Translations under genes and position numbers: made by a program | In this document: positions 9,626 through 20,313 of the stretch, piece after piece | Numbering within the stretch: the stretch's first letter is position 1 | Layout: each line of letters opens with the position of its first letter | The notes under the pieces: model-generated | Databases searched by the model: none | Told to the model about the DNA's origin: nothing | What the model saw: the letters and a program-made list of their open reading frames with translations, nothing else | Source: an uncultured Chloroflexia bacterium | Lineage (GTDB): Bacteria > Chloroflexota > Limnocylindria > Limnocylindrales > CSP1-4 | Reading direction: 5' to 3' | DNA length: 64,000 nt | Assembly (NCBI GenBank): GCA_963809375.1 | Contig: CAWEJO010000008.1 | Location: 69,075-133,074 of the forward strand

Positions 9626-10349
9626 TCAGGCCGCCGGCGCCGAGGGCACCCGCGCATCGCGCAGCGGTGAGCAGGTCGGCGCGCGTCATCGCCACGAAGC
9701 CGATCGCGGCCGCCGTGATGAGGGCCTCGCCGATGCCGATCAGGCTGTGGACGCCGACCATCGCCGGGATCGCGACAGCGAGCGTCGTCGTCCCCGACAC
9801 GCTGAGCTCGATCGCCATCAGCGCGGCGCCCGCGACGACGGACACCCAGCCGGCCACGGCCGCGGCCGGGATCCGGGCGCGCGCCTCGCCGCCGAAGGCG
9901 GACGCGATGATCCGGTACACGGCGTACCCGCCGAGCGTCCCGACGACGCCCATGTTGAAGATGTTGGCGCCCATCACGACGAGGCCGCCGTCCTGGAAGA
10001 CCAGGGCCTGGACGGCGATGACGCACGCCATCACGAGCGTCCCGGCCCACGGGCCGAGCAGCACGGCCGCGAGGACGCCGCCCAGCAGGTGGCCGCTCGT
10101 CCCGCCGATCACCTGGAAGTTGAACATCTGGGCGGCGAAGATGAAGGCGGCCATCACGCCCATCAGCGGGATCGCACGCTCGTCGAGGCTCCGGTTCGTC
10201 TTCCGCACGGCGACCGCGAGCACGACCAGGGTCGCCGCCCACATCCCGGCCGCGATGGGAACCGAGAGGAACCCGTCCGGCGCGTGCATCTCGGGAGGCG
10301 GGGCGGTGCGGGCGGCTGCGCCCAGGCCGGCGGCGACGGATGCGAGCAC
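9626..10349 (-). CDS. cbiM: ECF Ni/Co S component (CbiM/NikM)
   Basis: MHAPDGFL at 10289, GTSGHLLGG, VQALVFQDGG; GTG 10349 with GGAGG RBS; frameshift near 9660, true stop TGA 9626-9628. Confidence 0.93.
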
Positions 10350-10399
10350 GGTTCCCTCCGTGTGCGGATCGGCTTGTCAGTCTACACGCGAGGAGTCTT

Positions 10400-10419
10400 T
10401 GTTGCCATTTGTTGCAACA
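10400..10419. promoter_or_regulatory. candidate Fur/Nur operator TGTTGC-N8-GCAACA in the divergent cbiM/fur promoter
   Basis: AT-rich inverted repeat overlapping a TGGCAA-N17-TAGACT promoter on the minus strand. Confidence 0.65.
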
Positions 10420-10457
10420 GGGGCGACGCGGCGACATGTCGCCCTATACTTCGCGCG

Positions 10458-10913
10458 ATGGGCGACCTCGGATCAGCGCGCGATCGGACAGCTGCCTGGG
10501 ATTCGATCCAGGAGCGGCTGCATGCGCGCGGCCTGCGCTGGACGCCGCAGCGCCGGACGCTGGTCGGCGTGCTCTCCGAGGCCCGCGGCCATGTCACCGG
10601 CGCCGAGCTGATCGAGCGGTGCCGCGCGCGCGATCCCGGGACGACCCCATCGACCGTCTACCGGACGCTCGACGTGCTCGAGGACCTCGGGCTCGTCCGC
10701 CACGGCCACGGGGCCGACGGGCGCGAGGAGTACCACGTCCTTCCCGATGCCGAGCACGGCCACCTGCACTGCGCGGGCTGCGGCGGGACCTGGGAGATCT
10801 CGGCGGACGAGGGCCACGCCATCGTGGGGTCGTTCGCCGCGGCGCGCGGCTTCGCCGTGGACCTGTCGCACGTGACGGTCGTCGGGCGCTGCGCGGCGTG
10901 CCGGCCGGCCTGA
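10458..10913 (+). CDS. Fur-family metalloregulator, Nur-like
   Basis: RWTPQRRTL, STVYRTLDVLEDLGLV, HGH, HGHLHCAGC, SHVTVVGRCAAC; TATACT 7 nt upstream of the ATG. Confidence 0.92.
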   Translation: MGDLGSARDRTAAWDSIQERLHARGLRWTPQRRTLVGVLSEARGHVTGAELIERCRARDPGTTPSTVYRTLDVLEDLGLVRHGHGADGREEYHVLPDAEHGHLHCAGCGGTWEISADEGHAIVGSFAAARGFAVDLSHVTVVGRCAACRPA

Positions 10914-10971
10914 GGGCCCGACCCTCGTCGCGAAGGCCTCACGTCAGCTCGGGCGCCGCGCCGCGGCGAGG

Positions 10972-11772
10972 TCAGCCCGCGGCGTCGCGGTTCGGGACGC
11001 CGACGATGCTGAAGCCACCGTCGACGTAGAGGGTCTCGCCCGTGACCTGGCGGGCCAGGTCGGAGGCGAGAAAGACGGCTGCCCCGGCGACGTCGTCGAT
11101 CGAGATGCTCTCGCGGAGGGGCGCGATGTCGCGGAACGCCCCGTGCATCCGCTTGAAGCCCGCGATCCCGTGGGCGCCCAGCGTCCGGACCGGGCCCGCC
11201 GAGATCGCGTTCACCCGCACGCCCGACGGCCCGAGATCGGCGGCGAGGTAGCGCACGGACGCCTCGAGCGCCGCCTTCGCGACGCCCATCACGTTGTAGT
11301 TGGCGACGACCTTCTCGGCACCGTAGTAGGTCAGGGTGAGGATGCTCGAGCCTCGCTGAAGGTGCGGCCGCGCGGCCCGGGTGATGGCCACCAGCGAGTA
11401 CGCCGAGACGTCCATCGCGAGCGCGAACCCGTCCCGCGAGGTGTCGACGAACGACCCCTCGAGGTCGGTCCGGGTGGCGAATGCCAGGGCGTGCACGAGG
11501 ATGTCCAGGCTGCGCGCTTCCCGGCCGACTTGGCTGTTCCATGCATCGAACACCCGCTCGATCTGGGCATCGTCTCGCACGTCGCACGGCTCCACGAACG
11601 TAGAGCCGATGCTCTCGGCGAGCGGCCGGACGCGCCTCTCGAGCAGGTTCTCCATCGACGAGAACCCCACCGTCGCCCCGTGGTCGTGGAGCGCCCGGGC
11701 GATCCCCCACGCGATCGAATGGTCGTTGGCGACGCCGAAGATCAGGGCGGTCTTGCCATCGAGCAGGCCCAT
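10972..11772 (-). CDS. fabI: enoyl-ACP reductase
   Basis: LIFGVANDHSIAWGIA, YYGAEKVVANYNVMGVAKAALE, NAISAGPVRT. Confidence 0.95.
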   Translation of the reverse strand: MGLLDGKTALIFGVANDHSIAWGIARALHDHGATVGFSSMENLLERRVRPLAESIGSTFVEPCDVRDDAQIERVFDAWNSQVGREARSLDILVHALAFATRTDLEGSFVDTSRDGFALAMDVSAYSLVAITRAARPHLQRGSSILTLTYYGAEKVVANYNVMGVAKAALEASVRYLAADLGPSGVRVNAISAGPVRTLGAHGIAGFKRMHGAFRDIAPLRESISIDDVAGAAVFLASDLARQVTGETLYVDGGFSIVGVPNRDAAG

Positions 11773-12023
11773 GGGGCGCGATCCTCCTGGTGGGCTGGGG
11801 CACGTTCGCCGGCGAGAGCATGGCCCGGTCGCCCTCGGGCGATCGTCCGCGGCCATGGGCATCCGCCATGGGCAGGGCCTTCGGGAGAGGCGGACGGCCG
11901 GGCGGCCCGCCCCGCCATCGTACCCGCTGCCGCCCCGGCATGGCCTCCGGCCTGCCGTCCGGCCGGTCGGACGCGGTCCGAAAGGATCTCCCGGCCACCG
12001 GGCCAAACACGTACTATTTGCAT

Positions 12024-12824
12024 GTGAGTTCTGTCGGCCGCCTGGCGGCGGCACCCCGCGACCGCCCCCGCGGCCTCTGGATCCCGCGCCAGCACGGGGC
12101 CTGGGCGATGCTCGCGCTGCCGATCGTGGTTGGCGTCGCGAACAGCCGGTTCGATGTCGCCCAGGTGGTCCTGGCGGGCGCAGCGCTGGGGGCATACCTC
12201 TTCTCAGCGACTGCCCAGGCGTGGCTCCGATCCCGGCGGGGAGCGACGTTCGTTCGCTCCCTGGCCGTCTACGGGATCGCGACGCTGGCGGCGGGAATAC
12301 CGCTCCTCGTGGTCGAGCCCCGGCTCCTCCTCGCGGGCCTCGTCGTCGTCCCGGCCTCGGCGTTGACGCTGGCGGGAGCCCGGCCAGGATCGCCGCGTGC
12401 GCTTGCCACGAGCCTCGGCCAGGTCGCCCAGGCCTCGGTCCTCACGCCGGCCGCGATGCTCCTCGCCGGGGAGGAGCGCCTCGTGCCGCTCGCCGCCGCG
12501 GCGCTCGTCGTGGCGGCCGAGATGGCCGGCTCGGTGCTCGTGGTCCGATCGTGCATCCGCGAACGGGACAACCCGCGCTTCGCCGCGGCCTCCGTCGGCT
12601 TCCACCTGGCGCTGAGCGCCCTCGCGGCGGTCGCCTTGCCCGCTGCCTATGCGTGGCTCGGCCTGCTGCTCTCGATCCGGGCCGCGGCGCTGCCCGTCGT
12701 CCGTGGCCGCCGGGCCGCCTCGGGACGTCCGATCCGGCCCGTCCATGTCGGGATCGTCGAGGCGGTCGCCTCGCTCGGGCTCGTGCTCGTCTCGTTCGCC
12801 GTCCCGCTCACCGGCCTCGGCTGA
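12024..12824 (+). CDS. YwiC-like membrane protein
   Basis: WIPRQHGAWAML motif, multiple TM helices. Confidence 0.75.
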   Translation: MSSVGRLAAAPRDRPRGLWIPRQHGAWAMLALPIVVGVANSRFDVAQVVLAGAALGAYLFSATAQAWLRSRRGATFVRSLAVYGIATLAAGIPLLVVEPRLLLAGLVVVPASALTLAGARPGSPRALATSLGQVAQASVLTPAAMLLAGEERLVPLAAAALVVAAEMAGSVLVVRSCIRERDNPRFAAASVGFHLALSALAAVALPAAYAWLGLLLSIRAAALPVVRGRRAASGRPIRPVHVGIVEAVASLGLVLVSFAVPLTGLG

Positions 12825-12981
12825 CGGATCCGGCGGCCGCGTGCCGCCGCAGACGGGCCCGGCGGCCGCCGGCCGCGAGTCTGCCCAGTTGTGCGCGCTC
12901 GCAGGTGACGCGTCCGGCCGGGCCCCGCCGGCGCCGCGGGCCGAGCGCGCAGGCGGCGCCGCTGCGGCGTACCGTCCCCGC

Positions 12982-13932
12982 ATGCACAGCCTCGACCCGG
13001 TGCCTGACTCCACGCCCGACGATCTCCCGACGCTGCGGGCGGCGCTGGCCGGGGTTCGTGGCCTCGTCCTCGACGCCGACGGGGTCCTGACGATGAAGGG
13101 CGCGACCCTGCCTGGCGTCCCGGAGGCGATCCGGGCGCTCCAGGAGCGCTCGATCCCGTTCCGCATCGCCACCAACATCTCGACCGCGCACCGGTCGACC
13201 GTCGCGGCCCGTCTCTCTGCGGCCGGCATCCCGGTGACCGAGGAGATGGTGGTGACCGCGGCAAGCGCGACCGCAGCCTGGGCGGCCGCGGCGTTCCCGG
13301 GCGGCACGCTGTTCGTGATCGCACGGCCCGACGGCCGCCGCGAGTTCGCCGGGCACCGACTGCTCACGGTCGAGGAGGCGCTCGAGCCGGACGCCCGGGC
13401 CGACGCCGTCGTCCTCGGCGACGCCGACGACGAGATGAGCTTCGCCGCGATGAACGCCGCGTTCCGGCTCGTCCACGCCGGCGCGGCGCTGCTGGCCTGC
13501 CATCGCAACCCATGGTGGTGGACCGCCACCGGCCCGACGATCGACGGCGGCGCTTTCGTCCGGGGCCTCGAATTCGCGACCGGGACCCGCGCGCGTGTCT
13601 GCGGCAAGCCGTCGCCGACGATCTTCCGGACGGCCCTGGCCGGGCTCGCCAGTGACCTCCGGACGAGGCGGCCGCTCCTCGCCAGTGACCCCCGGACGAC
13701 GCGGCCACTCCTGGCCCACGAGGCGGTCATGGTTGGCGATGACCCCGCCCACGACATCGCCGGAGCCCGTCGGATCGGGATGCGCGGGGTCCTCGTCCTG
13801 AGCGGCCGCACGACGCCCGAGCAGGCGGCACAGCTTCGCCGGCGCGCCGCGGCGACGGGCGGGCGACGGAGCAAGGCGCTCCCCGAGGCGATCGCCGCGT
13901 CGCTGGCGTCGGTCGTGGCCGCCCTCGGCTGA
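12982..13932 (+). CDS. HAD-superfamily subfamily IIA hydrolase
   Basis: LDADGVL, TN motif, CGKPSP, MVGDDPAHDIAGA. Confidence 0.92.
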   Translation: MHSLDPVPDSTPDDLPTLRAALAGVRGLVLDADGVLTMKGATLPGVPEAIRALQERSIPFRIATNISTAHRSTVAARLSAAGIPVTEEMVVTAASATAAWAAAAFPGGTLFVIARPDGRREFAGHRLLTVEEALEPDARADAVVLGDADDEMSFAAMNAAFRLVHAGAALLACHRNPWWWTATGPTIDGGAFVRGLEFATGTRARVCGKPSPTIFRTALAGLASDLRTRRPLLASDPRTTRPLLAHEAVMVGDDPAHDIAGARRIGMRGVLVLSGRTTPEQAAQLRRRAAATGGRRSKALPEAIAASLASVVAALG

Positions 13933-14134
13933 CGGCCCCGACCCTGGCATTCCGGCCCGGGCGGCTGCTCCGCGCGCGGCGGCCGGTGAGACCGAAGACC
14001 GGCCGCCGGTCGGTCCGAAGACGGCCGATCGACCGCGCTAGACTGGACGCAAGAACGCCGTCCGGCCGCGATCGACGGCGCGCCGAGCGCGCGCCTCGGG
14101 CCGGGCCCTGAAGTCCGAATTGAGGACCGCATCC

Positions 14135-15700
14135 ATGGCCGAGCGCATCAAGATCACGTACGCGACGCTCCGCAACGACAACGAGGAGCTGCACGCGCTC
14201 TACGAGGCCGGCGTCGAGAAGGCCCGCGCGCGCCTCGGCCGGGAGCACCCCAACGTGATCGACGGGGCCGATCGGGCGGGCGACGGGACGTTCGAGCTCC
14301 GGTCGCCGATCGACACCGACATCCTCGTCGGGACGTTTGCCCGGGGCACGCGCCAGGACGTGAAGGACGCGATCGCGGCCGCCCGGGCCGCCCAGCCGGC
14401 GTGGCGCCGGACCCCGTGGGCGGATCGGCTGGCGATCCTTCGAAAGGCGGCCGCGCTCATCAGCGAGCGCCAGATGGAGTACGCGGCCCTGATGGCGTTC
14501 GAGGTCGGCAAGAACCGCCTCGAGGCGCTCGGCGAGGTCGAGGAGGCGGCCGACCTGATCCGCTATTACGCCGACGTCTGCGACCGGAACGCCGGCTATG
14601 ACCACCCCATGGACAACCTCGGCGACGCGGCCGTCCACACCCGCTCGGTCCTGCGCCCGTTCGGCGTCTTCGCGGTCATCGCGCCGTTCAACTTCCCGAT
14701 GGCGCTTGCGGCGGGCCCGACCAGCGCGGCGATGATGACCGGCAACACGGTGGTCTTCAAGCCCGCGAGCCAGGGCGCCATGACCGGTGTCCTTCTCGCC
14801 GAGGCATACCGCGACGCGGGCATCCCGGCGGGCGTGTTCAACCTCGTGATGGGCCCGGGTTCCAGCGTCGGCGCCGAGCTTGCCGAGAACCCCGCGATCG
14901 ACGGGATCGTCTTCACCGGGTCCTACGAGGTCGGCTTCGATCTCTTCGCGAAGTTCTCGACGCGCTTCGCGAAGCCGTGCATCGTCGAGATGGGCGGCAA
15001 GAACCCGGCCATCGTCACCGCGAAGGCGGATCTCGAGGAGGCCGCCGAGGGGATCCTGCGCTCCGCCTTCGGCTTCGGCGGCCAGAAGTGCTCGGCGAAC
15101 AGCCGGGTCTATGTCGAACGGCCGGCGCGGGACGAGCTCGTCCGCCAGCTGGTCGGCAAGACGGAGAAGCTGACGATCGGCAACCCGATCCCGCGCGAGA
15201 ACTGGCTGGGACCGGTGATCGACCAGAAGGCGGTCGACCGATATGTGGACGCGGTGGCCGAGGCGCGCCGTGACGGGCGGGTCCTGACCGGCGGCGAGCG
15301 GTTGACCGACGGGTACATGGGGCGCGGGTTCTACGTGGAGCCGACGGTCGTCGAGCTGCCCGCATCGCACCACCTCTTCCAGGACGAGCTCTTCGTGCCG
15401 TTCACCTCGGTCGCCGCGGTCGACACGCTGGCGGAGGCGATCGCGCTCTCGAACGACAACCTGTACGGGCTGACGGCCGGTGTGTACTCGGAGGACCCGG
15501 CCGAGGTCGACGAGTTCCTTGACGAGATCCACGCGGGCGTGCTGTACGTGAACCGGCGGGCCGGGGCGACGACCGGCGCGTGGCCGGGCGTCCAGCCGTT
15601 CGGCGGCTGGAAGGGATCGGGGACGACGGGCAAGTCGGGCCTCGGCATGTACTACCCGGCGCAGTTCCTGCGGGAGCAGAGCCACACGGTCGTGGACTGA
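14135..15700 (+). CDS. aldehyde dehydrogenase (RocA/P5C-dehydrogenase-like)
   Basis: PFNFP, KPAS, FTGS, EMGGKN, GQKCSA, QDELFVP, QPFGGWKGSG. Confidence 0.93.
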   Translation: MAERIKITYATLRNDNEELHALYEAGVEKARARLGREHPNVIDGADRAGDGTFELRSPIDTDILVGTFARGTRQDVKDAIAAARAAQPAWRRTPWADRLAILRKAAALISERQMEYAALMAFEVGKNRLEALGEVEEAADLIRYYADVCDRNAGYDHPMDNLGDAAVHTRSVLRPFGVFAVIAPFNFPMALAAGPTSAAMMTGNTVVFKPASQGAMTGVLLAEAYRDAGIPAGVFNLVMGPGSSVGAELAENPAIDGIVFTGSYEVGFDLFAKFSTRFAKPCIVEMGGKNPAIVTAKADLEEAAEGILRSAFGFGGQKCSANSRVYVERPARDELVRQLVGKTEKLTIGNPIPRENWLGPVIDQKAVDRYVDAVAEARRDGRVLTGGERLTDGYMGRGFYVEPTVVELPASHHLFQDELFVPFTSVAAVDTLAEAIALSNDNLYGLTAGVYSEDPAEVDEFLDEIHAGVLYVNRRAGATTGAWPGVQPFGGWKGSGTTGKSGLGMYYPAQFLREQSHTVVD

Positions 15701-15857
15701 CCCGGAGGCACCCCGCGAACGGGGGCACGTCGGCGGCCTCGATTGGGGATGGCGCCCGGAGGCCGAACGCGGGCATCCTCAGCCTGTCCACACGGGGGCT
15801 CCGGCCGGTCCGACTCCGGGGGAGCGCTCCAGCGGGACTTGGGCATGGGGACACGAG

Positions 15858-16079
15858 ATGGGCCGGGACGAGCGCTGGTTCTGGTTCGAATGGATCTGCC
15901 GGCTGCGCGACGCCTATCGCGCGGCCGAGCACGTGACTGTCGTCACCATCGACGAGGTGATCGCCCTGGCCGAGCAGATGCTCGTGGCCGGCACGGGCGC
16001 GGCGGACGTCGGCCTCGGGGCGCCGACGCCTCCCGGCACGCCGGGTGCCGGCGCCGATCGCCGCACCGCCGAGAGCTGA
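15858..16079 (+). CDS. small hypothetical protein (73 aa)
   Basis: MGRDERWFWFEWICRLRDAY...; codon usage like the host genes; fills the gap between ALDH and the permease. Confidence 0.6.
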   Translation: MGRDERWFWFEWICRLRDAYRAAEHVTVVTIDEVIALAEQMLVAGTGAADVGLGAPTPPGTPGAGADRRTAES

Positions 16080-16090
16080 TCGGGACCCGG

Positions 16091-17434
16091 TCAGGTTCCC
16101 CGGAGCGCCTCCGTCGGGGGCACGAGGGCAGCCCGCAGGGCCGGGTAGAACCCGGCGACTCCGCCGATCACGACCGCCGCCAGCAGGCCGCCGCCCACCC
16201 CGACGGCCGGGACGACGAACGGCCAGCCCTGGCCGCGGGCGTAGGCACCGGCGATCGCCGTGCCGACGGCCACGCCGACGGCCCCGCCGATCCCCGCCAG
16301 CAGGACTGCCTCGGTCACGAACTGGCCGGCGATGTGGAGGCGCGTCGCGCCGAGCGCGCGCCGCAGTCCGATCTCCGAGCGACGCTCGAGGATCGCCATC
16401 AGCATGACATTGGCGATGCCGAGGCCGCCCACCAGCAGGGCGACCGCGCCGAGCCCGAGGAAGAGCCCCGTGAACGTCGTGGAGGCCGCAGCCTTCGCCT
16501 CGATCGCGTCCGACGGCCGGCTGATCCGGATCTCCTCCGGGTGCGCCGGGTTGGCCGTCGCGGCAAGCACGGACCGGACGGCGGCGACGGCGTTCGGGCG
16601 CGCCCGGACGTAGATCGTCGAGGCCGACCCATCGGCGCCGAAGAGCGCCTCGGCGACCGGGAAGCCGATCAGGGCCGACCCGTCGATCTCGGGCGCCAGC
16701 GGCAGCGGATCGAGGATCCCGACGACGGTGAACCACTCCCCACCGATGTACACGGCCAGGTTCGCGTCGAGGTCGCCGATCCCGAGGCGGCTCGCGGCCA
16801 GGGACCCCAGCACGACCGTCGGGTAGCGCGCCGTCGCGGCGTCCAGGAAGCTCCCCGACGCGAGGTGCCCGCCGAGCGTCGCGAGGAGCGTGGGCTCGGC
16901 TGCGACGACAGCGATCCCACCCGTCTCGGACGCCGAGATGCGGTCCGTCCGGCGCACGGTCGCCGACACGGCGGCCACGCCGGAGACGCCGTCGATCGGC
17001 CCGATCCGGCGGATCATCAGGGCGGCGTCCTCGGGCAGCTTGACGTCCTTGCCGAGCACGCTCTGGCCCGGCGTCACGGCGAGCAGGTTGGTCCCCAGCC
17101 GGTCGAGGACGTCCAGCAGCGACGCCCGGCTGGCCTCGGAGATGCCGAGGACCGCCACCATCGCCGCGATGCCGATGGCGATCCCCAGCGCCGTCAGGCT
17201 CGATCGGAGGCGCCGGCTGCGAAGGCCGCCGGTCGCGATCCGGACGAGGTCGAACGGCCCGGGCAGTCCGGCCACGTAGGTGCCGCCCGGCGTGCCGAGG
17301 CCGTTCGTCGCGCCTGCGCGGCCCGGCGGGCGGGAGAGGATCGTGGCGCCGGAGGAGATCGTGGTGCCGAAGGCGTTCGTCGCGCCCACGCCGTCCGACG
17401 CGCCGCCGCCACCCGCAGGACGCAGGCCGGTCAT
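16091..17434 (-). CDS. MacB/FtsX-like ABC permease
   Basis: [41 protein letters not shown]. Confidence 0.92.
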   Translation of the reverse strand: MTGLRPAGGGGASDGVGATNAFGTTISSGATILSRPPGRAGATNGLGTPGGTYVAGLPGPFDLVRIATGGLRSRRLRSSLTALGIAIGIAAMVAVLGISEASRASLLDVLDRLGTNLLAVTPGQSVLGKDVKLPEDAALMIRRIGPIDGVSGVAAVSATVRRTDRISASETGGIAVVAAEPTLLATLGGHLASGSFLDAATARYPTVVLGSLAASRLGIGDLDANLAVYIGGEWFTVVGILDPLPLAPEIDGSALIGFPVAEALFGADGSASTIYVRARPNAVAAVRSVLAATANPAHPEEIRISRPSDAIEAKAAASTTFTGLFLGLGAVALLVGGLGIANVMLMAILERRSEIGLRRALGATRLHIAGQFVTEAVLLAGIGGAVGVAVGTAIAGAYARGQGWPFVVPAVGVGGGLLAAVVIGGVAGFYPALRAALVPPTEALRGT

Positions 17435-18309
17435 GCCGCGCCCGCCAGTCCGTCGCGGGTGATCCGTCCGTCGCGCATCTCTACCCGGCGCGGGAACGCG
17501 GCCGCGATCTCGCGATCGTGGGTGATCACCGCGATCGTCGTCCCGTCCTGCCGGTTCAGCTCGAGGAGCAGCCCGATGATCGACGCGCCCGTCTGCGTGT
17601 CCAGGTTGCCGGTAGGCTCGTCCGCCAGCACGAGCGCCGGTCGCCCGACGAGCGCCCGGGCGATCGCCACCCGCTGACGCTCGCCGCCCGACAGCTGGGC
17701 CGGGCGATGCCGCGCCCGCTCGAGCAGCCCGACGCGGGCGAGAGCGCCCTCGGCGGCCTCGCGCCGGGCCGCGCTGCGGACGCCGCGGTACAGCAGGCCG
17801 TCGGCCACGTTCTGCAGCACCGTCTCGCCATCGAGCAGGAAGAACTGCTGGAAGACGAACCCGATCTGGGATGCCCGGAGCCCCGACAGGCGCCGGTCGG
17901 ACAGCCGGTTGACGAGCTGGCCGACGATCCGAACCTCGCCTTCGGTCGGTCGGTCGAGGGTGCCCATCATGTGGAGCAAGGTCGACTTGCCGGAGCCGGA
18001 TGGACCGACGATCGCGACGACCTCGCCTGCCAGGATCGAGATGTCCACGCCTCGGAGGGCCTCGATCGGCGGGTTGCCCGGGTATCGCTTGACGACGCCG
18101 CGCAGGTCGATCGCGGGTGTGGCAGCCGGCGGGGCCGTCTGCCGCGCAATCCCGTCGACCGCCGCCGCTTCCTCGGCATCCGGCACGGCCGGTTCGACTG
18201 GTTCGCCTCCCACGGGTTCGCCTGCCACTGGCGGCGCGGTCCGCGCCCCAGACACCCGCCCCTCCGGATCGCGGCCGGAAGGGATGGCCGTGGGACCGGC
18301 CGCGCTCAC
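17431..18309 (-). CDS. ABC ATP-binding protein (LolD/MacB type)
   Basis: [41 protein letters not shown]. Confidence 0.95.
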   Translation of the reverse strand: MSAAGPTAIPSGRDPEGRVSGARTAPPVAGEPVGGEPVEPAVPDAEEAAAVDGIARQTAPPAATPAIDLRGVVKRYPGNPPIEALRGVDISILAGEVVAIVGPSGSGKSTLLHMMGTLDRPTEGEVRIVGQLVNRLSDRRLSGLRASQIGFVFQQFFLLDGETVLQNVADGLLYRGVRSAARREAAEGALARVGLLERARHRPAQLSGGERQRVAIARALVGRPALVLADEPTGNLDTQTGASIIGLLLELNRQDGTTIAVITHDREIAAAFPRRVEMRDGRITRDGLAGAA

Positions 18310-19409
18310 GACGCCACCACCACGTGGTCGCCCGCCGACAGGCCGGCGCCCTCGATCTCCACCTTCCCGTCCTGGAACAGCCCGAGCGTGACGCCGACGT
18401 AGCGGCGCGACCCGTCGGCCGCCTGCACCTCGACCGCGTAGCCGCCCTCGGCGAGCGCAACGAGCGCCCGGACGGGGACGACCAGGACGTCGGGATGCGA
18501 GCTGGTCACCACGTGGATGGTGACCGGCGCTCCGTCCAGCTCGGCTCCCGCGGACCGATCGTCGAGGGCGATCGCGACGTCGATGGTGGCCGGCGTCGTG
18601 GTCCCGAAGCCGTTGTCCTGTCCCGGGTGGGCCACCCGGCCCACGCTCCGGACGTGGGCGCCCGTCGTCGAGCCGTCGGGGAGCTCGACCGTCACCGCGG
18701 CGCCCTTCGACAGCAGGCCGCGGCGATCGGCCTCGAGGGCGACCGTCACCACCCGGGTCGGGGTCGTGCCGTGCAGGACGGGCTGGCCGCCGCCTGCCCG
18801 CGCGCCGAGCGAGGCCTCCCGGGCCGTCACCCGGATCGGCGTCGGCAGGAAGACGACCTCGCCCAGCTCGACTCGCCCGTCGACCGGCAGGTGGCTCGCC
18901 TTCTGCCAGCGCCTGACCGCGGCCGTGGTCTTCGAATCCCAGTGGCCGTCGACCTTGAGGCCGTGTCTCGTGTAGCCGAGCGCCTTCAGGTTGGCCTCGA
19001 GCTGGCGGACATCGGGCCCGTCGGGCACGCCCGGCTCGAGCGTCCGCCAGGCAGGTCGCCGGCCGAGCAGGAGCACGGCGCGGGACCGCCCGTCGACCTC
19101 GTAGAGGCGCCCGCCGCGCCCGATGACGGTGCCCTCGGCGGGGAGCCAGGTGAGCGTGCCCGGCAGGGATGCAGGCACGGCCAGCGACCCGTCGTACCCG
19201 AGCGTTCCCTTGAGCTTCTCGCTGACCGTGAGCGTCCGGCGTTCCACGGCTGCGGTCTGCGCCGCGCTGCTGGCGCCGCCCCCGGAGTCCGGCGAGGGGC
19301 TGGCGGCCGCGGCGCCCGCGCGCGGGATGAGGCCGGCACTCCAGGCTGCGCCGGCTCCAGCCGCGACGACGGCGGCCAGCGCGGCGACGCGGACGATCCT
19401 GCCGGGCAT
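18306..19409 (-). CDS. peptidoglycan-binding periplasmic adaptor (efflux RND-adaptor-like)
   Basis: N-terminal TM; [16 protein letters not shown]...[11 protein letters not shown]-binding domain; [13 protein letters not shown]. Confidence 0.85.
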   Translation of the reverse strand: MPGRIVRVAALAAVVAAGAGAAWSAGLIPRAGAAAASPSPDSGGGASSAAQTAAVERRTLTVSEKLKGTLGYDGSLAVPASLPGTLTWLPAEGTVIGRGGRLYEVDGRSRAVLLLGRRPAWRTLEPGVPDGPDVRQLEANLKALGYTRHGLKVDGHWDSKTTAAVRRWQKASHLPVDGRVELGEVVFLPTPIRVTAREASLGARAGGGQPVLHGTTPTRVVTVALEADRRGLLSKGAAVTVELPDGSTTGAHVRSVGRVAHPGQDNGFGTTTPATIDVAIALDDRSAGAELDGAPVTIHVVTSSHPDVLVVPVRALVALAEGGYAVEVQAADGSRRYVGVTLGLFQDGKVEIEGAGLSAGDHVVVAS

Positions 19410-20113
19410 CAGTTGCCCCCCGGCGCTGGAACCGCGACGTGGAGGCTGGGCCCGCTGCCTCCGTCGGCCGGCGCCGCGCCTCCCGCCGGCGGCCCCCCGA
19501 CGCTGAAGCCCGGGCCACCCTCCGCGGGCGCAGGCAGCAGCTTCTGGCAGGTGGCCTGCGCCTCCTGGAAGTCGGACGAGCTGGGGTCGATCGAGCTCGC
19601 GCCAGGCCCGCCGAACTGGAGCGACGCGCCGCCGCCGCTGAAGACCGGGTCCGGCATGTCGACGCCGTGATCCCGCATGCAGCGGCTGAACGCCAGCATG
19701 GCGTCCTTCATCTCCTGGCTGATCTCGCCCTTGGACGAATCGAGGGTGATGCTGTCGAGGAAGTGGCGACAGGCCGTGTCGGCCGTCGACATCTCGCTCT
19801 GGTCGGGCGCCGACGCGGTCCCGCTGGACGCGCTGCCCTGGACGACGACGCCCCCTCCGCCCGCGCCGTTGAAGACGGGATCGGGCATGTCGACGCCGTG
19901 CTCTCGCATGCAACGGGCGTAGTCGACCATCGCCTGCTGCGGGTCGGCGCTGGCTGCGGGCGACGCGGAGGGGGCCGGGGTGCCGCTCGGATCGGGCGAG
20001 GCGAGCGTCGCGATGCCGGGGCCGCTGGGCGTGGCACCGCCGCAACCCGCGGCGAGGCCGGCGACGAGGACGAGCATGCCGGCGAGTCTCGCCGGTCGGA
20101 TCTGTCGGATCAT
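19409..20113 (-). CDS. lipoprotein with duplicated (Y/F)[14 protein letters not shown] motif
   Basis: lipobox LAAGC; two repeats each with paired Cys. Confidence 0.8.
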   Translation of the reverse strand: MIRQIRPARLAGMLVLVAGLAAGCGGATPSGPGIATLASPDPSGTPAPSASPAASADPQQAMVDYARCMREHGVDMPDPVFNGAGGGGVVVQGSASSGTASAPDQSEMSTADTACRHFLDSITLDSSKGEISQEMKDAMLAFSRCMRDHGVDMPDPVFSGGGASLQFGGPGASSIDPSSSDFQEAQATCQKLLPAPAEGGPGFSVGGPPAGGAAPADGGSGPSLHVAVPAPGGN

Positions 20114-20164
20114 TCGCTTTCAGAGCTCCATGAGGGTTCCTGTGCGACGTTGTCGCGCACCGCG

Positions 20165-20248
20165 ATCAAAGGACTCTCAAAGCGTGCGGGCGCGGCTCCT
20201 GTCGCGGGCGCGGCATCGCCGCGGCCGCGGCTTTGAGCGTTCTTTGAG
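20165..20248. promoter_or_regulatory. two OmpR-type direct-repeat boxes CTTTGAG-N4-CTTTGA in opposite orientation
   Basis: 20231-20248 on +, 20165-20182 on -; both with an 11-bp period. Confidence 0.65.
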
Positions 20249-20313
20249 ACAGTCCGGGTACACAGGGACCGGGACCCGCCGGGTCACCCGCCACCCCGAG
20301 GACGAACGTCCGG

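Noticed and set aside
10350-10457. Cobalamin riboswitch upstream of cbiM
   Set aside because: The gap is only about 108 bp and filled by promoter and operator elements; no B12 box, which favours Ni over Co regulation
9216-10913. 565-aa ORF as a large Fur fusion
   Set aside because: The upstream part is the antisense shadow of nikN/cbiM; the real gene starts at ATG 10458
13727-15685. Long antisense ORFs (also 22583-24259, 43129-45699 and others)
   Set aside because: Arg/Gly-rich shadows of real genes caused by GC3 bias; no recognisable domains
16091-20045. Very long permease, ATPase and adaptor ORFs (789, 695 and 579 aa)
   Set aside because: The N-terminal extensions overlap neighbouring genes in other frames; true starts are at 17434, 18309 and 19409 with coupled stop/start overlaps
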